Below, one piece after another: positions 1-10,092 of a DNA stretch of 64,000 nucleotides (its first letter is position 1; each line of letters begins with the position of its first letter). The position numbers and the translations under genes were made by a program. Below the pieces are notes generated by a model. It saw nothing but the letters and a program-made list of their open reading frames with translations, did no database searches and was not told the DNA's origin. The stretch is from a virus: positions 41,748 to 105,747 of the IMG/VR virus record IMGVR_UViG_3300022696_000071; one strand, 5' to 3'.

Positions 1-294
1 CAACATAGAAATAAAACCTCTACTGCTATTCGTATAAAACATCCTGAATCCGGTGCTGTTGGTGAATGTCAATCTCATAAATCTCAATTTCAGAACAAAA
101 AAGAAGCATTTAGAAGAATGGCAGATTCAAAGAAGTTTAGAACATGGTTAAATATAGAATGTTCACGAATAATGTCTGGAAAATCAATAGAACAAAAAGT
201 TGAAGAACAGATAAATGAACAATTCTTAAAATTCGAAGTGAAGGATGACAATGATAAATGGATAAACGTTAATCTAAAACATTTTGGAGAATAG
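1..294 (+). CDS. C-terminal fragment of a class-I release-factor-like peptidyl-tRNA hydrolase (RF/ArfB GGQ-domain family); 5' end lies outside the window
   Basis: Frame 1 translates to HRNKTSTAIRIKHPESGAVGECQSHKSQFQNKKEAFRRM, matching the (GGQ)HVNKT-SAVRITH-PTG-VV-CQ-ERSQ-NK-A region of RF1/RF2/ArfB. The GGQ itself would lie just upstream of position 1. Stop TAG at 292-294. Confidence 0.5.
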   Translation, partial: QHRNKTSTAIRIKHPESGAVGECQSHKSQFQNKKEAFRRMADSKKFRTWLNIECSRIMSGKSIEQKVEEQINEQFLKFEVKDDNDKWINVNLKHFGE

Positions 295-297
295 CGA

Positions 298-1839
298 ATG
301 CTTGGAGAATATTTTATTGATCGTTGTATTGAGTTATGTTGTTCTGAACAAGAAGATATAAATAGAACATTTTTTGATAATATAAATTATATAATAAAAT
401 GGTACATAAAAGAAATTAAAGAGAACGATATAGCAATAGAATTCATGACTAAGATAGAACTAACAAAATATCTATCTGAATATCGAATACTAAATAAGAA
501 ATTTAAATTCAATAAAATGATAAATAATCTCCATAATGGAAAAGCTAAGAAATTTGTAGATGTATTGAAATTACATAAAGATAAAGAATTCACAGAAGAA
601 GATTTTGAAGAACTTAATATTTTAATACTTAGTAAAAAGAAACTATGCAATAGATTAACTGGAAAATCAAAACTTCAAGTATTATTAGACGATATGGAAA
701 CCGGAAACTTTATAGATGATGATGAAGTTTCCGATAGATGGGATCATTTAATATCACGAGCATGGTCCCAATTAAATGAAATAAGACGAGTAGAATCAAT
801 TGGAAAAGTAGCAACTTTAGATTTATTAAATGATAATTATGATTCTGTAATGGAAAGTATTAGAGAATCATATAATAGAAAAAATACAATATCTACTGGA
901 TATAAGAGTGTTGATCGATTATTTCCTGCTGGTGGATTTGAACAGAGTAGATTGTATATAATTGGTGGGACATCGGGTGTTGGTAAATCAAATTTCTTGG
1001 TAAATCTTCCATGTAATGCCATAGACAATGTAGAAAATAATAGAATAATAAAATCTGGAGAAGAAGATATTTACTTATATGTAACCGGAGAAAATTTAAT
1101 ACGAGAATCACTTGAAAGATATTATTGTTGTCTTACCAAAACTCCACACGTTAAGATGGTAAAACGAGTACTTGAAGATAAAGAATTTTCTCTGAGAGAT
1201 GAAATTGTAAATCATCTTAGTCATAAAAAATCAACGATAGTAATGAAATATATAAAACCAAATTCTTCATCGACTGAAGATTTGAGAATAATGATTGATG
1301 ATTTGGCCCAAACGGGTCGATTAAAAGCTGTCTATTTTGATTACTTAGATCTGATAAGATCAAGATTAATGCTTCCAGATTTAAGACTTGATCTTGGTCA
1401 AGTATGTATTGACTTTAAAGATTTTGCAGTAGAATATAAACTCCCATTTATAACAGCAACTCAACTTAACAAATCTGGATATGATCAAGAATGTATACCA
1501 ACATTGACATCTGTTAGTGAAAGTATGAAAAAAGTTGATAATTCAGACTTTGTTTTATTCTTGCAACCAGCAAAAGATTCCCAATTCCAAATGCCATATT
1601 CTGGTGGTACAAGAGATTGTATTAAAATGAAAATGACTGTATTGAAAAATAGAAATGGTGAAACTGGAGATTCAACTTATGTAATGACTGTAAAACGATT
1701 CAATAATATGAAAGCATTTAATTATAAAATATACGAATTACCAAAACAATCTGATGATAATGGTTTAGTAATACCAGATTATAATGCTTCAACTGAATGC
1801 ACAATAACAAATGGTGATGATTGGTGTAATAGATATTAA
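298..1839 (+). CDS. DnaB-family (T4 gp41-like) replicative DNA helicase, RecA-fold ATPase
   Basis: Walker A LYIIGGTSGVGKSNFLVNL. Downstream DYLDLI (Walker B-like) and ATQLNKSG motifs typical of DnaB C-terminal domain. 513 aa. Confidence 0.55.
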   Translation: MLGEYFIDRCIELCCSEQEDINRTFFDNINYIIKWYIKEIKENDIAIEFMTKIELTKYLSEYRILNKKFKFNKMINNLHNGKAKKFVDVLKLHKDKEFTEEDFEELNILILSKKKLCNRLTGKSKLQVLLDDMETGNFIDDDEVSDRWDHLISRAWSQLNEIRRVESIGKVATLDLLNDNYDSVMESIRESYNRKNTISTGYKSVDRLFPAGGFEQSRLYIIGGTSGVGKSNFLVNLPCNAIDNVENNRIIKSGEEDIYLYVTGENLIRESLERYYCCLTKTPHVKMVKRVLEDKEFSLRDEIVNHLSHKKSTIVMKYIKPNSSSTEDLRIMIDDLAQTGRLKAVYFDYLDLIRSRLMLPDLRLDLGQVCIDFKDFAVEYKLPFITATQLNKSGYDQECIPTLTSVSESMKKVDNSDFVLFLQPAKDSQFQMPYSGGTRDCIKMKMTVLKNRNGETGDSTYVMTVKRFNNMKAFNYKIYELPKQSDDNGLVIPDYNASTECTITNGDDWCNRY

Positions 1840-1860
1840 ACTGAATCAGTTAAATATATT

Positions 1861-1878
1861 AGGACAAATTGTAAAAAT
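1861..1878 (+). promoter_or_regulatory. late-promoter-like motif aGGACAAATTGTAAAAAT
   Basis: Member of the recurring GGACAAAYTNTAAAY family, ~55 nt upstream of the ATG at 1932. Confidence 0.4.
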
Positions 1879-1931
1879 ATAACATTAATTTTTAATAGAT
1901 AATACAAACCCACAATGGGAGGATTGGGAAA

Positions 1932-2435
1932 ATGAGTAACAACGATTATATAAACTTTCTTGAAGAATCTGTATCAAGTATGCCCCGGCATAAAACACCA
2001 GCAGATGGCGTACTTAGCAGCAGAGGGAAAGATAGAGTAAATACAAAATTGGATGATCCAGAAATAGATAACATAATTAAACTCGTCACAAATCCAGATA
2101 AAAATCCAAAAATGACGGCAGAAAATGATGATGGAGAATCTACCAACGATAAATCTCCATTAAATATGCTTGAAGACGATAATTCAAATGCTTCAGATAA
2201 AGACTGCAACGTAAAAAATCTGGTCGATGAGATGACGTTGGACGAAGAAGAGAACTATATAGTAAATACTCTTCTTGATGAGATGGATTCACTTAACATG
2301 GATGACGATGTTTCTGATTCAGATTTCGAAGGCGTCGATGTAGATTCATATGAATCTTTAGATGATGACGACGATATGGATGATGATGAACTTGATGATA
2401 CAGACATTGATGACATTCTTGATTCTGATATTTAA
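1932..2435 (+). CDS. hypothetical highly acidic protein (D/E-rich C-terminus)
   Basis: ORF with SD ggagg 8 nt upstream. Acidic low-complexity tail. Confidence 0.4.
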   Translation: MSNNDYINFLEESVSSMPRHKTPADGVLSSRGKDRVNTKLDDPEIDNIIKLVTNPDKNPKMTAENDDGESTNDKSPLNMLEDDNSNASDKDCNVKNLVDEMTLDEEENYIVNTLLDEMDSLNMDDDVSDSDFEGVDVDSYESLDDDDDMDDDELDDTDIDDILDSDI

Positions 2436-2519
2436 TAAGAATCGTAATTGAAACATCTGTAATGGGGTCTTCTTTTATAGAAGATCCCATTACTTTTTAT
2501 ATGAAAGGCTATAATAGAA

Positions 2520-3023
2520 ATGTCGAAAAAGTATATGATACAAATAAAAAATGGAAGCAGGCCAATTGTAATTACAGACAAAGCATGTAAGAAAACTTTA
2601 CAAGAATTAGAAAAAATAATAACATCACATTTATCAAAAAAGAGTATATGTTCATTTAGAACTGCTTCTGATTTATTATTATCAAGATCAACCGATATTT
2701 TATCAATCCATATAAATGATGAAGATTATGATGAAAACATTGTTGTAGAAAATATGATTAGTAAAGATGATATCGAGTTTGATCTAAGTGGTGTAGATGA
2801 AAAACCTAAAAAAATAAAAGAAAATAATAAATCACAAAATGATGAAGATGAATTAATAATTGAAAAAGATGAAACATATAATTCAAAAGATGATAATTTA
2901 TTAAATAAGATAGATGAATTAGATTTTTCTGATATCAGATCAGAAGAAACAGATATATCTGAAATTATGAATGAATCTGAAGAGCTATTAGACGAAGATG
3001 ATGAGGAAGATAATGTTTCTTAA
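2520..3023 (+). CDS. hypothetical acidic protein
   Basis: ORF with typical AT-rich codon usage. Confidence 0.35.
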   Translation: MSKKYMIQIKNGSRPIVITDKACKKTLQELEKIITSHLSKKSICSFRTASDLLLSRSTDILSIHINDEDYDENIVVENMISKDDIEFDLSGVDEKPKKIKENNKSQNDEDELIIEKDETYNSKDDNLLNKIDELDFSDIRSEETDISEIMNESEELLDEDDEEDNVS

Positions 3024-3480
3024 TATATTTTTAATATCGGCAGCAACCATTTTATTTTTTTTATCAATTTATGTAATAATTGAATTATTAAATAGATGGA
3101 AAAATATAAAATTAGATCGAAGATTAAAATTATTTGATCATTATGAATATATCTATTTTATATTAGATGAGTCTGAAAAAACAGTATATGAAAAAATATT
3201 TAAAACCGATATAATTGTAAATTCATCGAGTGGATATAGATTAAACAAAGAAGACATTGAAGCTATACAAAAGAAGTATATTAGAGAAATAATGCAATGT
3301 TGTGGTGATAGCATAATAAATGACTTAATTGAAGTACACGGTGATTTAGAATCTATATCAATTATGCTCTTAAATAAGTTTATCAATAGAATCCAAGAAG
3401 ATGAACTTTCCATACTTAATAAAGTAATGGATGATGACACTGATAAACTTACCTCTAAAGAGGAGAACTTAAATGGCTAA
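2998..3480 (+). CDS. hypothetical protein with N-terminal transmembrane helix
   Basis: N-terminal hydrophobic segment FLNIFLISAATILFFLSIYVII. Confidence 0.3.
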   Translation: MMRKIMFLNIFLISAATILFFLSIYVIIELLNRWKNIKLDRRLKLFDHYEYIYFILDESEKTVYEKIFKTDIIVNSSSGYRLNKEDIEAIQKKYIREIMQCCGDSIINDLIEVHGDLESISIMLLNKFINRIQEDELSILNKVMDDDTDKLTSKEENLNG

Positions 3481-6400
3481 GAAGAAGAAAACTAATACAA
3501 ATCCAAAATCGCCTTCAATGAAGCCTTTAAAAGATAAACTTTTAAAGACTAAAAATATAGATAAAATAGATGGAATATTAGATACTATATCAAGCGCTAT
3601 AATTGATAAAGATTCAATGAATTACGCTGAATTAGTAAGACGAACATTCTCATCTGCAATTGATAATGATATGTTTTCTAATACAAGTGCAAATATATTA
3701 TTATCTTCCGATAATGTTGATAGATTTGTACGATATGCAAATTCAGATGAAATATGTGATGCTATACCATATTGTGCAAGAGCATTAAAAGTATTATCTG
3801 ATGAAATTGTATCACCAGACCATATAACAAAAGAAGTAGTTCAATTTTTAGAAGTAGATAAATTAGCAGATGAAGACAAATCTAAAAAAACTAAATTAAG
3901 AGCATTAAATAATATTCTAAGAATAGAAGATAACTTACATGACTTAGTAAATGGTACTTTAAAATATGGCGATCAGATGTTAGAAATATGTGATTATACA
4001 TCTGAAGAAGTACCAATAACACAATCTTTATTGAGCGAACAAAATGGAGGGGAAATACCATACTATGATACATTAAAAGAAGAATATGAAATAAGCGTCA
4101 TAGTAGAAAATGTTAAAGATCCAATCAATATAAAAATAAAACCAATATTGGTTGAAGATAAATCATCTAAACCACCAACATCATCAAAAAATAAAAATGA
4201 TAAATATTTAGATGATGAAAAAATGGAAATAAATAATGTAAGACTCATATTACATGATCCAAGACATGTAATAAAATTACAATCTGAACGATTCAAAATG
4301 AATCTTGGATATTTAATACTTCCAAAAACAACATCAACATCAGCAGAATATGGTGGTCATTCATCAGCCATACGCAAAGCACCAATATCAAGTTCATTAT
4401 TTCAAGGGTATAATGATTACTTGGGAATCGATAAAATATATAAAGATGTAATGAGTACAGTTAAAAGAAGAGTTAACAATGATAAAATATCAGTAGATAA
4501 AAAAGAAGCTCTAAATATGATATCAAGAGCTATAAAAGAATTCGAACAAGATACTGTAAACAATTTTAAAATAAGATTTGTTCCACCTCAAAGAATGCAA
4601 CATTTTACCATAAATGATAAACGATTCTTTCCATATGGTGAAAGTATATTCTTTAAATCAACATTTGCCGGTAAATTATTAGTAGCATTTCAAGTTGCTC
4701 TTGCTATAAAACGTATATCTGATTCATCTGATAAACGAATAATATCAGTTGAGAGTACATTACCAAGAACTGTAAGAAATCTGTTTTCAGATATCAAAAC
4801 TAAGATGAAGAAAAAACAGTTCAGTCTTGACACAATGGGTAATATATCCTCAATTCCATGTTTACATCTTGATACAAAAATACCATTAACAAATGGTTTA
4901 ATATTATCTATATCTGATATAATTGAAAATGTAAAAATGGGCAAAGAAATTGAAGTATTTGCTTATGATCATAAATCTGGACATATTGTTCCAGATAAAA
5001 TTGTTGGTGCTAAAATAACTGGTCGTAATGCAAAAGTTATGAAAATTACTCTTGATAATAACGAATCAATAATTTGTACACCAGAACATTTATGGATGCT
5101 TAGAGATGGATCTTATGTACATGCGAGTGATCTTAAAATTAATGATTCATTAATGCCTCATTATATGAGAAATACAAAATATTGTAATAATAAATGGTTA
5201 ACGTATAAAGAAGTATATCATCCAGGTATAAATAAATGGGAACTTGTACATAGAACATTTGGTAAATATCTTGGATTAGTTAAAGATGGTGATGGCAAAG
5301 TTATACATCATATAAATAAAAATCCTCAAGATAATTCAACAAGTAATTTAGATGGTCTTACTCATTCTGAACATATGTCGATTCATGCAAATGATAAAGA
5401 AAATCCAGCGTTACAATCTAATAAAACTAAAGTTTTAAAGATTGAACGTTGTGAAATGTGTGGAAAGACATATGGTAAAGATCATAGAATTCATTCATTT
5501 TCATGTTCAAAACGATGTTCTTTATTATTAATGTCTGAAAATAATAACGCATGGGAACATAGAAAGAATGAAAATCAATATAAAGAAGTAGATTACTATT
5601 GTGATATATGTGGTAAATTAATAAAAATCACAAAAGCTACATTAAAAAGACAAATTAATAAATTCATAGCATGTGATGATAAAGAATGTAGAAAACATAT
5701 GTCATTTGCTAATAGAGCAATGGGTAGATCTGGAAGATATATAGAAATAGAATTTAATAAATGTCCAATATGTAATAAATTAATAACAAATAGAAAAGAT
5801 GGCGTTAATAAAAAGTTTTACTGTAATATCCAATGTGCAAATACTGCAATGGGAAGACGCAGATGGGCTGGAAAGTCTGAAAAAATAAAAGAAAAATGCT
5901 TTAATTGTGGGGATATTTTTGAAACAACTAAAACAATTAAGAATAGCAGAACATATCAATCATGTAATAAACTTGAATGTATAAGAAATATAAAAAAATA
6001 TAATTCAACTGTAGTATTTAATAATTATCAAGATGTATGCTATATCGAACACGGAAGATGTATTGTATGTAATAAACCAACAGTATTCAATATAAGAAAA
6101 ACTGGTTATACATATTATACATGTGGAAATAAATCATGTAGTCAAGCGGCAATGCAAAATAATATTTCAAGATTTAAAAATGTTATAAATCATAAAATTA
6201 AATCAATTGAATATCTTGATGAAAGAATAACTGTTGGAGATATAGAAACTGAAAAGTTTCATAATTTTGCAACAGATGCTGGTGTAATTATACATAATTC
6301 TATGGTCACATCATTTGAAAATTTTTTTCTCCCTATGAATAAAGGCCAGAAATATATCGAATTTGATAATCTTCCTGCTGCCATTAATCTTCGTGATTTA

Positions 6401-8218
6401 TCAGATGAATTGAAGTTGTATCGTGATATGCTGGTTGCTTCGCTTGAGGTACCGCCAGCATATATCAGTCTCGAAGAGAATTTATGCTTGACTTTACAAG
6501 AGATATTACCACTTGTTGATAATAGAAATATAACGCTTAAACAATTAATAAAAGAACATGAATCTGGAATTGAACACGAAGTATATTCTTATGATCATAA
6601 TACTGGAGAAGTATTTCCAAATAAAGTTGTTTGGGCAGGCATTACCAAACAGAATACTCAATGTGTAAAAGTATGGTTAGATAATAATAAATCTATAATT
6701 TGTACTCCTGATCACCCATTCATGTTACGCAATGGAAAATATATAGAAGCACAATATTTAAATGATGGTGACTCATTAATGCCTCTTTATCAAAGAGATA
6801 GAAAAAATAGCAATGGTCGAATTTATAATGAGATTTATCATCCAGGTAAAGACAAATGGCAATTAGAACATCAAACATTTGCCAGATATACAGGAATATT
6901 GAAACAAATAACCACTGATGAACCACTCCACCATATTAACGGAAACACTAAAGATAATCGTTCATGTAATATTATACAAATTACACTAAATGAACATTTA
7001 GCAATTCATTCACGTACAAAAAAATTCACTAAGGAACAATTAGATGAATTAATGTATGATAGAGAAAAATTAAAAGAATTAATGAAACCTGGACATACTT
7101 ACGTTAATAAAAAATGTAAAATTTGTGAAAAAATATTTACCAGACTTAAAACAGATAATACAGTTACATGTTCACCAGAATGTAAATCAGAATACCATAA
7201 ACGCACTGGTTATTTATCTTGGAAATCGAGAGAGAAGAAACTAAGAAAACGATGCCCAATTATAACCAAAGAATGTGGATGGTGTGGTAAACAGTTTGAG
7301 ATGACAAAGACTGCTAAATATAATCCTGATAAACTCTACTCTTGTGGTGATAAAGAATGTAGTAAGAGATTGAAAGCGTTGAATATCTCCATTGGAAAGT
7401 TTAAAGGCGTAACTCAATATGAGATAGAATTTAAAGTATGTGAAGTGTGTGGTGAACCATTCTGTTGTAGCAAACAAGATAAATCTAAGAAATTAGATTA
7501 TGTGTGTAGAAAGATTAAATGTATAAATGAAGCGACTGCAAAAAGTAAAGGTAAAAAAAGAAGAGAGAATAAACAAACAAGAGTTGACTTGACATGTAAA
7601 ATTTGCGGTAAGAAATTCTGGCGATATAAATGGTATCTTGATGCTGTTAAAAATGAACCATCTTGTGGATCACCAGATTGTTATTCTAAACATTTTAAAG
7701 AAATTAGAAAGAAGAAAGCTGTTGGATTGAATCATAAAGTTAAGAAAGTAGAATGGTTAAAAGAACGATACGATACTGGTGATATCACAGTTGAGAAGCA
7801 TAGTAACTTCGCAGTCGATGGTTATATTTTTGTACATAATTCAAACAAATCCGCACTATCTTTCGAGAATAATTTGTTTGCAAGAACGGTAGTATCTTAT
7901 CAAAAAATGCTTGGTAAACATCTGTATGGACTTTTTAATAAACTTTATAGATTAATATACGGAGAAAATATACCTATCGGTATAAACATTATTCTTCCTC
8001 CACCACGTATGCTTCAAATAGAACGTGAAACGGAACATATTGAAACAGTTACAAGAATGATTCAATCATTGAAAGAAGTTGGTATAAATCAGGATTATCT
8101 TAAGCGTAAATATCTATCAATAGATTGGGATGAACACGATAAATTTTCTGTTAATAAGGATCTGGATGAACGAGCAGGAAAGAAGAATGAAGAGGAAGAA
8201 CAATATGGTCAATTTTAA
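3473..8218 (+). CDS. portal protein (T4 gp20-like) interrupted by two inteins; extein ~649 aa
   Basis: Extein segment LKLYRDMLVASLEVPPAYISLEEN resembles T4 gp20 [23 protein letters not shown]. It sits upstream of the prohead protease and major capsid protein genes. Two Hint-type insertions begin with C-L-x-L and end with HN followed by S. Confidence 0.65.
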   Translation: MAKKKKTNTNPKSPSMKPLKDKLLKTKNIDKIDGILDTISSAIIDKDSMNYAELVRRTFSSAIDNDMFSNTSANILLSSDNVDRFVRYANSDEICDAIPYCARALKVLSDEIVSPDHITKEVVQFLEVDKLADEDKSKKTKLRALNNILRIEDNLHDLVNGTLKYGDQMLEICDYTSEEVPITQSLLSEQNGGEIPYYDTLKEEYEISVIVENVKDPINIKIKPILVEDKSSKPPTSSKNKNDKYLDDEKMEINNVRLILHDPRHVIKLQSERFKMNLGYLILPKTTSTSAEYGGHSSAIRKAPISSSLFQGYNDYLGIDKIYKDVMSTVKRRVNNDKISVDKKEALNMISRAIKEFEQDTVNNFKIRFVPPQRMQHFTINDKRFFPYGESIFFKSTFAGKLLVAFQVALAIKRISDSSDKRIISVESTLPRTVRNLFSDIKTKMKKKQFSLDTMGNISSIPCLHLDTKIPLTNGLILSISDIIENVKMGKEIEVFAYDHKSGHIVPDKIVGAKITGRNAKVMKITLDNNESIICTPEHLWMLRDGSYVHASDLKINDSLMPHYMRNTKYCNNKWLTYKEVYHPGINKWELVHRTFGKYLGLVKDGDGKVIHHINKNPQDNSTSNLDGLTHSEHMSIHANDKENPALQSNKTKVLKIERCEMCGKTYGKDHRIHSFSCSKRCSLLLMSENNNAWEHRKNENQYKEVDYYCDICGKLIKITKATLKRQINKFIACDDKECRKHMSFANRAMGRSGRYIEIEFNKCPICNKLITNRKDGVNKKFYCNIQCANTAMGRRRWAGKSEKIKEKCFNCGDIFETTKTIKNSRTYQSCNKLECIRNIKKYNSTVVFNNYQDVCYIEHGRCIVCNKPTVFNIRKTGYTYYTCGNKSCSQAAMQNNISRFKNVINHKIKSIEYLDERITVGDIETEKFHNFATDAGVIIHNSMVTSFENFFLPMNKGQKYIEFDNLPAAINLRDLSDELKLYRDMLVASLEVPPAYISLEENLCLTLQEILPLVDNRNITLKQLIKEHESGIEHEVYSYDHNTGEVFPNKVVWAGITKQNTQCVKVWLDNNKSIICTPDHPFMLRNGKYIEAQYLNDGDSLMPLYQRDRKNSNGRIYNEIYHPGKDKWQLEHQTFARYTGILKQITTDEPLHHINGNTKDNRSCNIIQITLNEHLAIHSRTKKFTKEQLDELMYDREKLKELMKPGHTYVNKKCKICEKIFTRLKTDNTVTCSPECKSEYHKRTGYLSWKSREKKLRKRCPIITKECGWCGKQFEMTKTAKYNPDKLYSCGDKECSKRLKALNISIGKFKGVTQYEIEFKVCEVCGEPFCCSKQDKSKKLDYVCRKIKCINEATAKSKGKKRRENKQTRVDLTCKICGKKFWRYKWYLDAVKNEPSCGSPDCYSKHFKEIRKKKAVGLNHKVKKVEWLKERYDTGDITVEKHSNFAVDGYIFVHNSNKSALSFENNLFARTVVSYQKMLGKHLYGLFNKLYRLIYGENIPIGINIILPPPRMLQIERETEHIETVTRMIQSLKEVGINQDYLKRKYLSIDWDEHDKFSVNKDLDERAGKKNEEEEQYGQF
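4859..6298 (+). mobile_element. intein 1 (480 aa) with embedded HNH endonuclease and five tandem Cys4 zinc-ribbon repeats
   Basis: Starts with the C of ...SSIP|CLHLDTKIPL and ends ...GVIIHN|S. HNH motif HHINKNPQDNSTSNLDGLTHSEHMSIH. Five repeats of the form CxxCGK...YxCxxxC...AMG. Confidence 0.65.
6485..7840 (+). mobile_element. intein 2 (452 aa) with embedded HNH endonuclease and four Cys4 zinc-ribbon repeats
   Basis: Starts with the C of ...EENL|CLTLQEILPL and ends ...GYIFVHN|S. HNH motif LHHINGNTKDNRSCNIIQITLNEHLAIH. Its N-terminal splicing block parallels intein 1. Confidence 0.65.
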
Positions 8219-8232
8219 GTAGTCATATTTTA

Positions 8233-8277
8233 AATTCCAATGCATCTTTTTACATATCATGCATTGGAATTTTTTTT
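8233..8277 (+). terminator. Rho-independent terminator after the portal gene
   Basis: 13-bp inverted repeat AATTCCAATGCAT/ATGCATTGGAATT followed by T7. Confidence 0.6.
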
Positions 8278-8297
8278 CGTGTAATTTTAATATATAA

Positions 8298-8313
8298 AGG
8301 ACAAACTGTAAAT
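8298..8313 (+). promoter_or_regulatory. late-promoter-like motif AGGACAAACTGTAAAT
   Basis: Conserved motif ~27 nt upstream of the ATG at 8340. Confidence 0.5.
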
Positions 8314-8339
8314 CTAAAAAATATAGGGGATTTACAGAT

Positions 8340-8786
8340 ATGAAATATAATTCATTATTTAAAGATGTATTATATGTACTTGAGCAAGAGGAAGAAGAAG
8401 CTCAAGATACTGAAGAGACTCCACCTGCTACCGCAGATGAACAGCAGCAAGGTGGTGAGGGTGAAGAAGAAACTCCGCCCGATGAAGAATATAGTGAAGG
8501 GGAAGAAGAGACACCTGCTGAACAACTTGAAAATATAGGGAAAGTATATCAATTAAAGAAAATATATTCAAGATTATTAGCAATATCTAAATTCTTGGAT
8601 TATTACAGTGATGAAAAATATGATGAAATAAAAAATAATGTTTATGATTCTATAGATACTTTTCATATAATAGTAAATAATTATGATTCATTTGAAGATA
8701 AAATGGATGAGATAATAAAACAATATAATAATTTTTTAAGTAAACTTGCTAATATATTAGATAAACTTGTAAAAAAGGATAAATAA
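8340..8786 (+). CDS. acidic prohead core/scaffold-like protein
   Basis: E/D-rich N-terminal half. Lies between portal and protease genes, as the gp67/gp68 prohead-core genes do in T4. Confidence 0.35.
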   Translation: MKYNSLFKDVLYVLEQEEEEAQDTEETPPATADEQQQGGEGEEETPPDEEYSEGEEETPAEQLENIGKVYQLKKIYSRLLAISKFLDYYSDEKYDEIKNNVYDSIDTFHIIVNNYDSFEDKMDEIIKQYNNFLSKLANILDKLVKKDK

Positions 8787-8788
8787 AA

Positions 8789-9502
8789 ATGTATTTATTT
8801 GTTGAAGGAAGTGGATTAAGATCTCAAGCAAAAGTTGTTAAAAATACAAACAATAGAATGTATTGTGAAGTTTGTATTCAGACAGTTGGTGACTTTAATA
8901 AAAATAAAAGAAAATATAATAAATCATTAATGGAGAGTGGTATACAGAGTATATCTCATCGGTTAATGGAAGGATCATTATTGGGTGAATTAGATCATCC
9001 GGTTGATAAAAATCCAATTCGTCAGCTTACAGTTCTATATAAAGAATCTTCACATAAGTTTAGAGAAATTGGAATTGATGGTAATAAAGTAATGAGCACT
9101 ATTGAAATACTGAATGTTCCGAATGGGAATATAATGAAAGGATTGATCGAAAGTAAAGTTCCGATTGGATTTTCATTTCGTGGTGCTTCAGATGGTCTTG
9201 AGAATATAACAGAAAATGGAAGACTTGTTGGATATGAAGTTAAACCACCTCTCCATGTTGTTACATGGGATTCTGTTTCTGATCCATCTCATACACAAGC
9301 AAGAATGATAAAAGTTACAGAACAAGTTAATCGACAGTTAATGGAATCTGTTAATTTTTCATCTTATAGAGAATTAGATAATGGATTAATTGAAACAAAT
9401 ACTGGTTTGATGTATTTTCCAAATGACTTCGATAGAGTATTACAGAAACGAATTGAGCTTCTCAAGAATAAGTTTTCTGTTGGGAATTCTTGTTTAAAAT
9501 AA
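8789..9502 (+). CDS. prohead core scaffold protease (T4 gp21-like)
   Basis: NKRKYNKSLMES...LLGELDHPVDKNP aligns with T4 gp21 NKRLYPKRILEK...ALGELNHPPRANV. Directly follows the portal/core genes. Confidence 0.6.
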   Translation: MYLFVEGSGLRSQAKVVKNTNNRMYCEVCIQTVGDFNKNKRKYNKSLMESGIQSISHRLMEGSLLGELDHPVDKNPIRQLTVLYKESSHKFREIGIDGNKVMSTIEILNVPNGNIMKGLIESKVPIGFSFRGASDGLENITENGRLVGYEVKPPLHVVTWDSVSDPSHTQARMIKVTEQVNRQLMESVNFSSYRELDNGLIETNTGLMYFPNDFDRVLQKRIELLKNKFSVGNSCLK

Positions 9503-9531
9503 GAAAGTTATGTAAGGGGGTTTAATATATT

Positions 9532-10089
9532 ATGGCTATCAGTGCACCTACACAAGAAAGATCTGTTGATCCATATAGTGATAATAGATTCTCTTCGGTT
9601 ATAAATAGATTAAGTAGATTGATGACAGGGGGTGTTGATTGCATAATATATCCCGAAGTAAGTTTCCCCCTAACAAAAAATGATTACCATACTGTTAAAA
9701 TTGGTTCTGGTTTAGCATCAAAAGATGATGTTTTAATTCATACTACTGCTGATTTTTATTTAGATTTTAGTGATTCTGATTATTATGTAGATCCAATTGG
9801 TGGAATGGATACAACTGGTACATATTATATTGTATTCTCATATACTTACACTAGATCGTTTCCAGCGCCGAAGGGATATTTTAAAATAATAAAAGATGTA
9901 GCTTCATACTATACGCCATTCACAAGTGATTATATTTATATCGGATATGCTGATATTACATTTAATTCTGGAGAATTGAGATATGAAGTTAATTCTGTCG
10001 GACTAGATGATCCAGGTGGTTCAAGTAGAGAATTACCAACACTAAATCAATATGTGCCACTGGTGATAGATGGAGGGGAGGTTACGTAA
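9532..10089 (+). CDS. hypothetical virion-associated protein
   Basis: ORF in the head module. No recognisable motif. Confidence 0.3.
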   Translation: MAISAPTQERSVDPYSDNRFSSVINRLSRLMTGGVDCIIYPEVSFPLTKNDYHTVKIGSGLASKDDVLIHTTADFYLDFSDSDYYVDPIGGMDTTGTYYIVFSYTYTRSFPAPKGYFKIIKDVASYYTPFTSDYIYIGYADITFNSGELRYEVNSVGLDDPGGSSRELPTLNQYVPLVIDGGEVT

Positions 10090-10092
10090 AAA

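Noticed and set aside
387-1111. Minus-strand ORFs (387-650, 837-1028, 893-1111) inside the helicase gene
   Set aside because: Antisense to a well-supported CDS. Low-complexity AT-rich translations typical of spurious ORFs.
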